Shown here piece after piece: positions 63,541 through 64,000 of a stretch of DNA of 64,000 bases (position 1 is its first letter; each line of letters starts with the position of its first letter). Origin of the DNA: an uncultured Lentisphaerales bacterium. Its GTDB lineage: Bacteria > Verrucomicrobiota > Kiritimatiellia > RFP12 > UBA3636. A model generated the notes under the pieces. That model saw nothing but the letters and a program-made list of their open reading frames with translations, made no database searches and had not been told where the DNA came from. Made by a program: the position numbers and the translations under genes. The DNA is taken from positions 767 through 64,766 of the forward strand of contig CAZKJH010000003.1 of NCBI GenBank assembly GCA_964553035.1, read 5' to 3'.

Positions 63541-64000
63541 TCACCGAATCAGGATCGTTGTTCCCGTGTAGACATACTCGTATGAACCCATGTCCACAAT
63601 TCCGGACATTTTGTCCAAGCGCGGGTTACCGTCCAGGTCCTTAAGGCCAGTCATCCAACTCAATGTCAGTCCCGTGTTCAAGCAGGGTGAAGTTCCCCGC
63701 AGACGGTAATTGCCCGCCAGATGATTGGTTCCATAGCCGCTGCCCATATCCATCAAGAGCGGATGGTTGGTGGTACTGTTATTTATAGCGATCAAAGAAT
63801 GCCCCGCATCCAGTGTGTAGCAGCAATTGGAGAGAATGAGGTTTCCCCCGCAATCGGCACGGCTTATTCCGGCCTTGTTGCCATAAATAATACTGTTGCC
63901 GACGTTGCGCGTGCCGCCCCAGACCGCGACACCTCCACCGTTGTATACGCTGTAATTGCCGACTACGGTGCAATTCATCAAGCTGGATTCATAAACGCCG
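63541..64000 (-). CDS. Second beta-helix protein (paralog of 60724-62331); only the C-terminal part is in the window
   Basis: C-terminal 75 aa are about 60% identical to the paralog (SPCLNTGL, DLDGNPRLDK, VDMGSYEYVY). The ORF runs off the window end. Confidence 0.6.
   Translation of the reverse strand, partial: GVYESSLMNCTVVGNYSVYNGGGVAVWGGTRNVGNSIIYGNKAGISRADCGGNLILSNCCYTLDAGHSLIAINNSTTNHPLLMDMGSGYGTNHLAGNYRLRGTSPCLNTGLTLSWMTGLKDLDGNPRLDKMSGIVDMGSYEYVYTGTTILIR

Overview
This window comes from a moderately GC-rich (about 55-60%) bacterial chromosome. Gene content suggests an anaerobic glycan-degrading bacterium, with low confidence.

The left ~25 kb is core housekeeping. On the plus strand it holds the 3' portion of smc, ispE, tRNA-Gln, prs-ctc-pth and rpsF-ssb-rpsR-rplI. 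Then comes a recC homolog (minus strand) and, also on the minus strand, the classic tRNA-Thr / tuf / rpmG / tRNA-Trp / secE-nusG-rplKAJL-rpoBC cluster.

The right ~38 kb is accessory. It carries:
- an aguA/aguB agmatine-to-putrescine pair with a tiny translationally coupled upstream ORF;
- a ~1300-aa transglutaminase-like secreted protein;
- rarA, feoAB and mnmA;
- a HydE-type radical-SAM maturase, which implies an [FeFe]-hydrogenase and an anaerobic lifestyle;
- a low-GC island (about 39.5-42.0 kb) with one DUF4143-type AAA+ ATPase gene, preceded by an AT-rich region containing a perfect 23-bp palindrome and followed by an ~850-bp non-coding repeat complex (a 127-bp tandem duplication with internal hairpins, then a nested inverted-repeat MITE-like or structured-RNA-like element);
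- a 21-kb, 12-gene, all-minus-strand glycan-utilisation locus. Its genes are an unassigned 945-aa enzyme, a GH95-like alpha-L-fucosidase, a tandem SGNH esterase, a 992-aa hydrolase, a DUF4838-like protein, two paralogous secreted beta-helix proteins and a Gfo/Idh/MocA oxidoreductase; a NagA-like deacetylase sits convergently upstream. Embedded in it is a four-gene catabolic module: a PTE-like hydrolase, a ThDP enzyme, a class IV aminotransferase and a CoA-acylating semialdehyde dehydrogenase.

No CRISPR array, rRNA or intact transposase was seen. Coordinates of RNA genes, terminators and repeat features are hand-counted and may be off by 1-2 nt.
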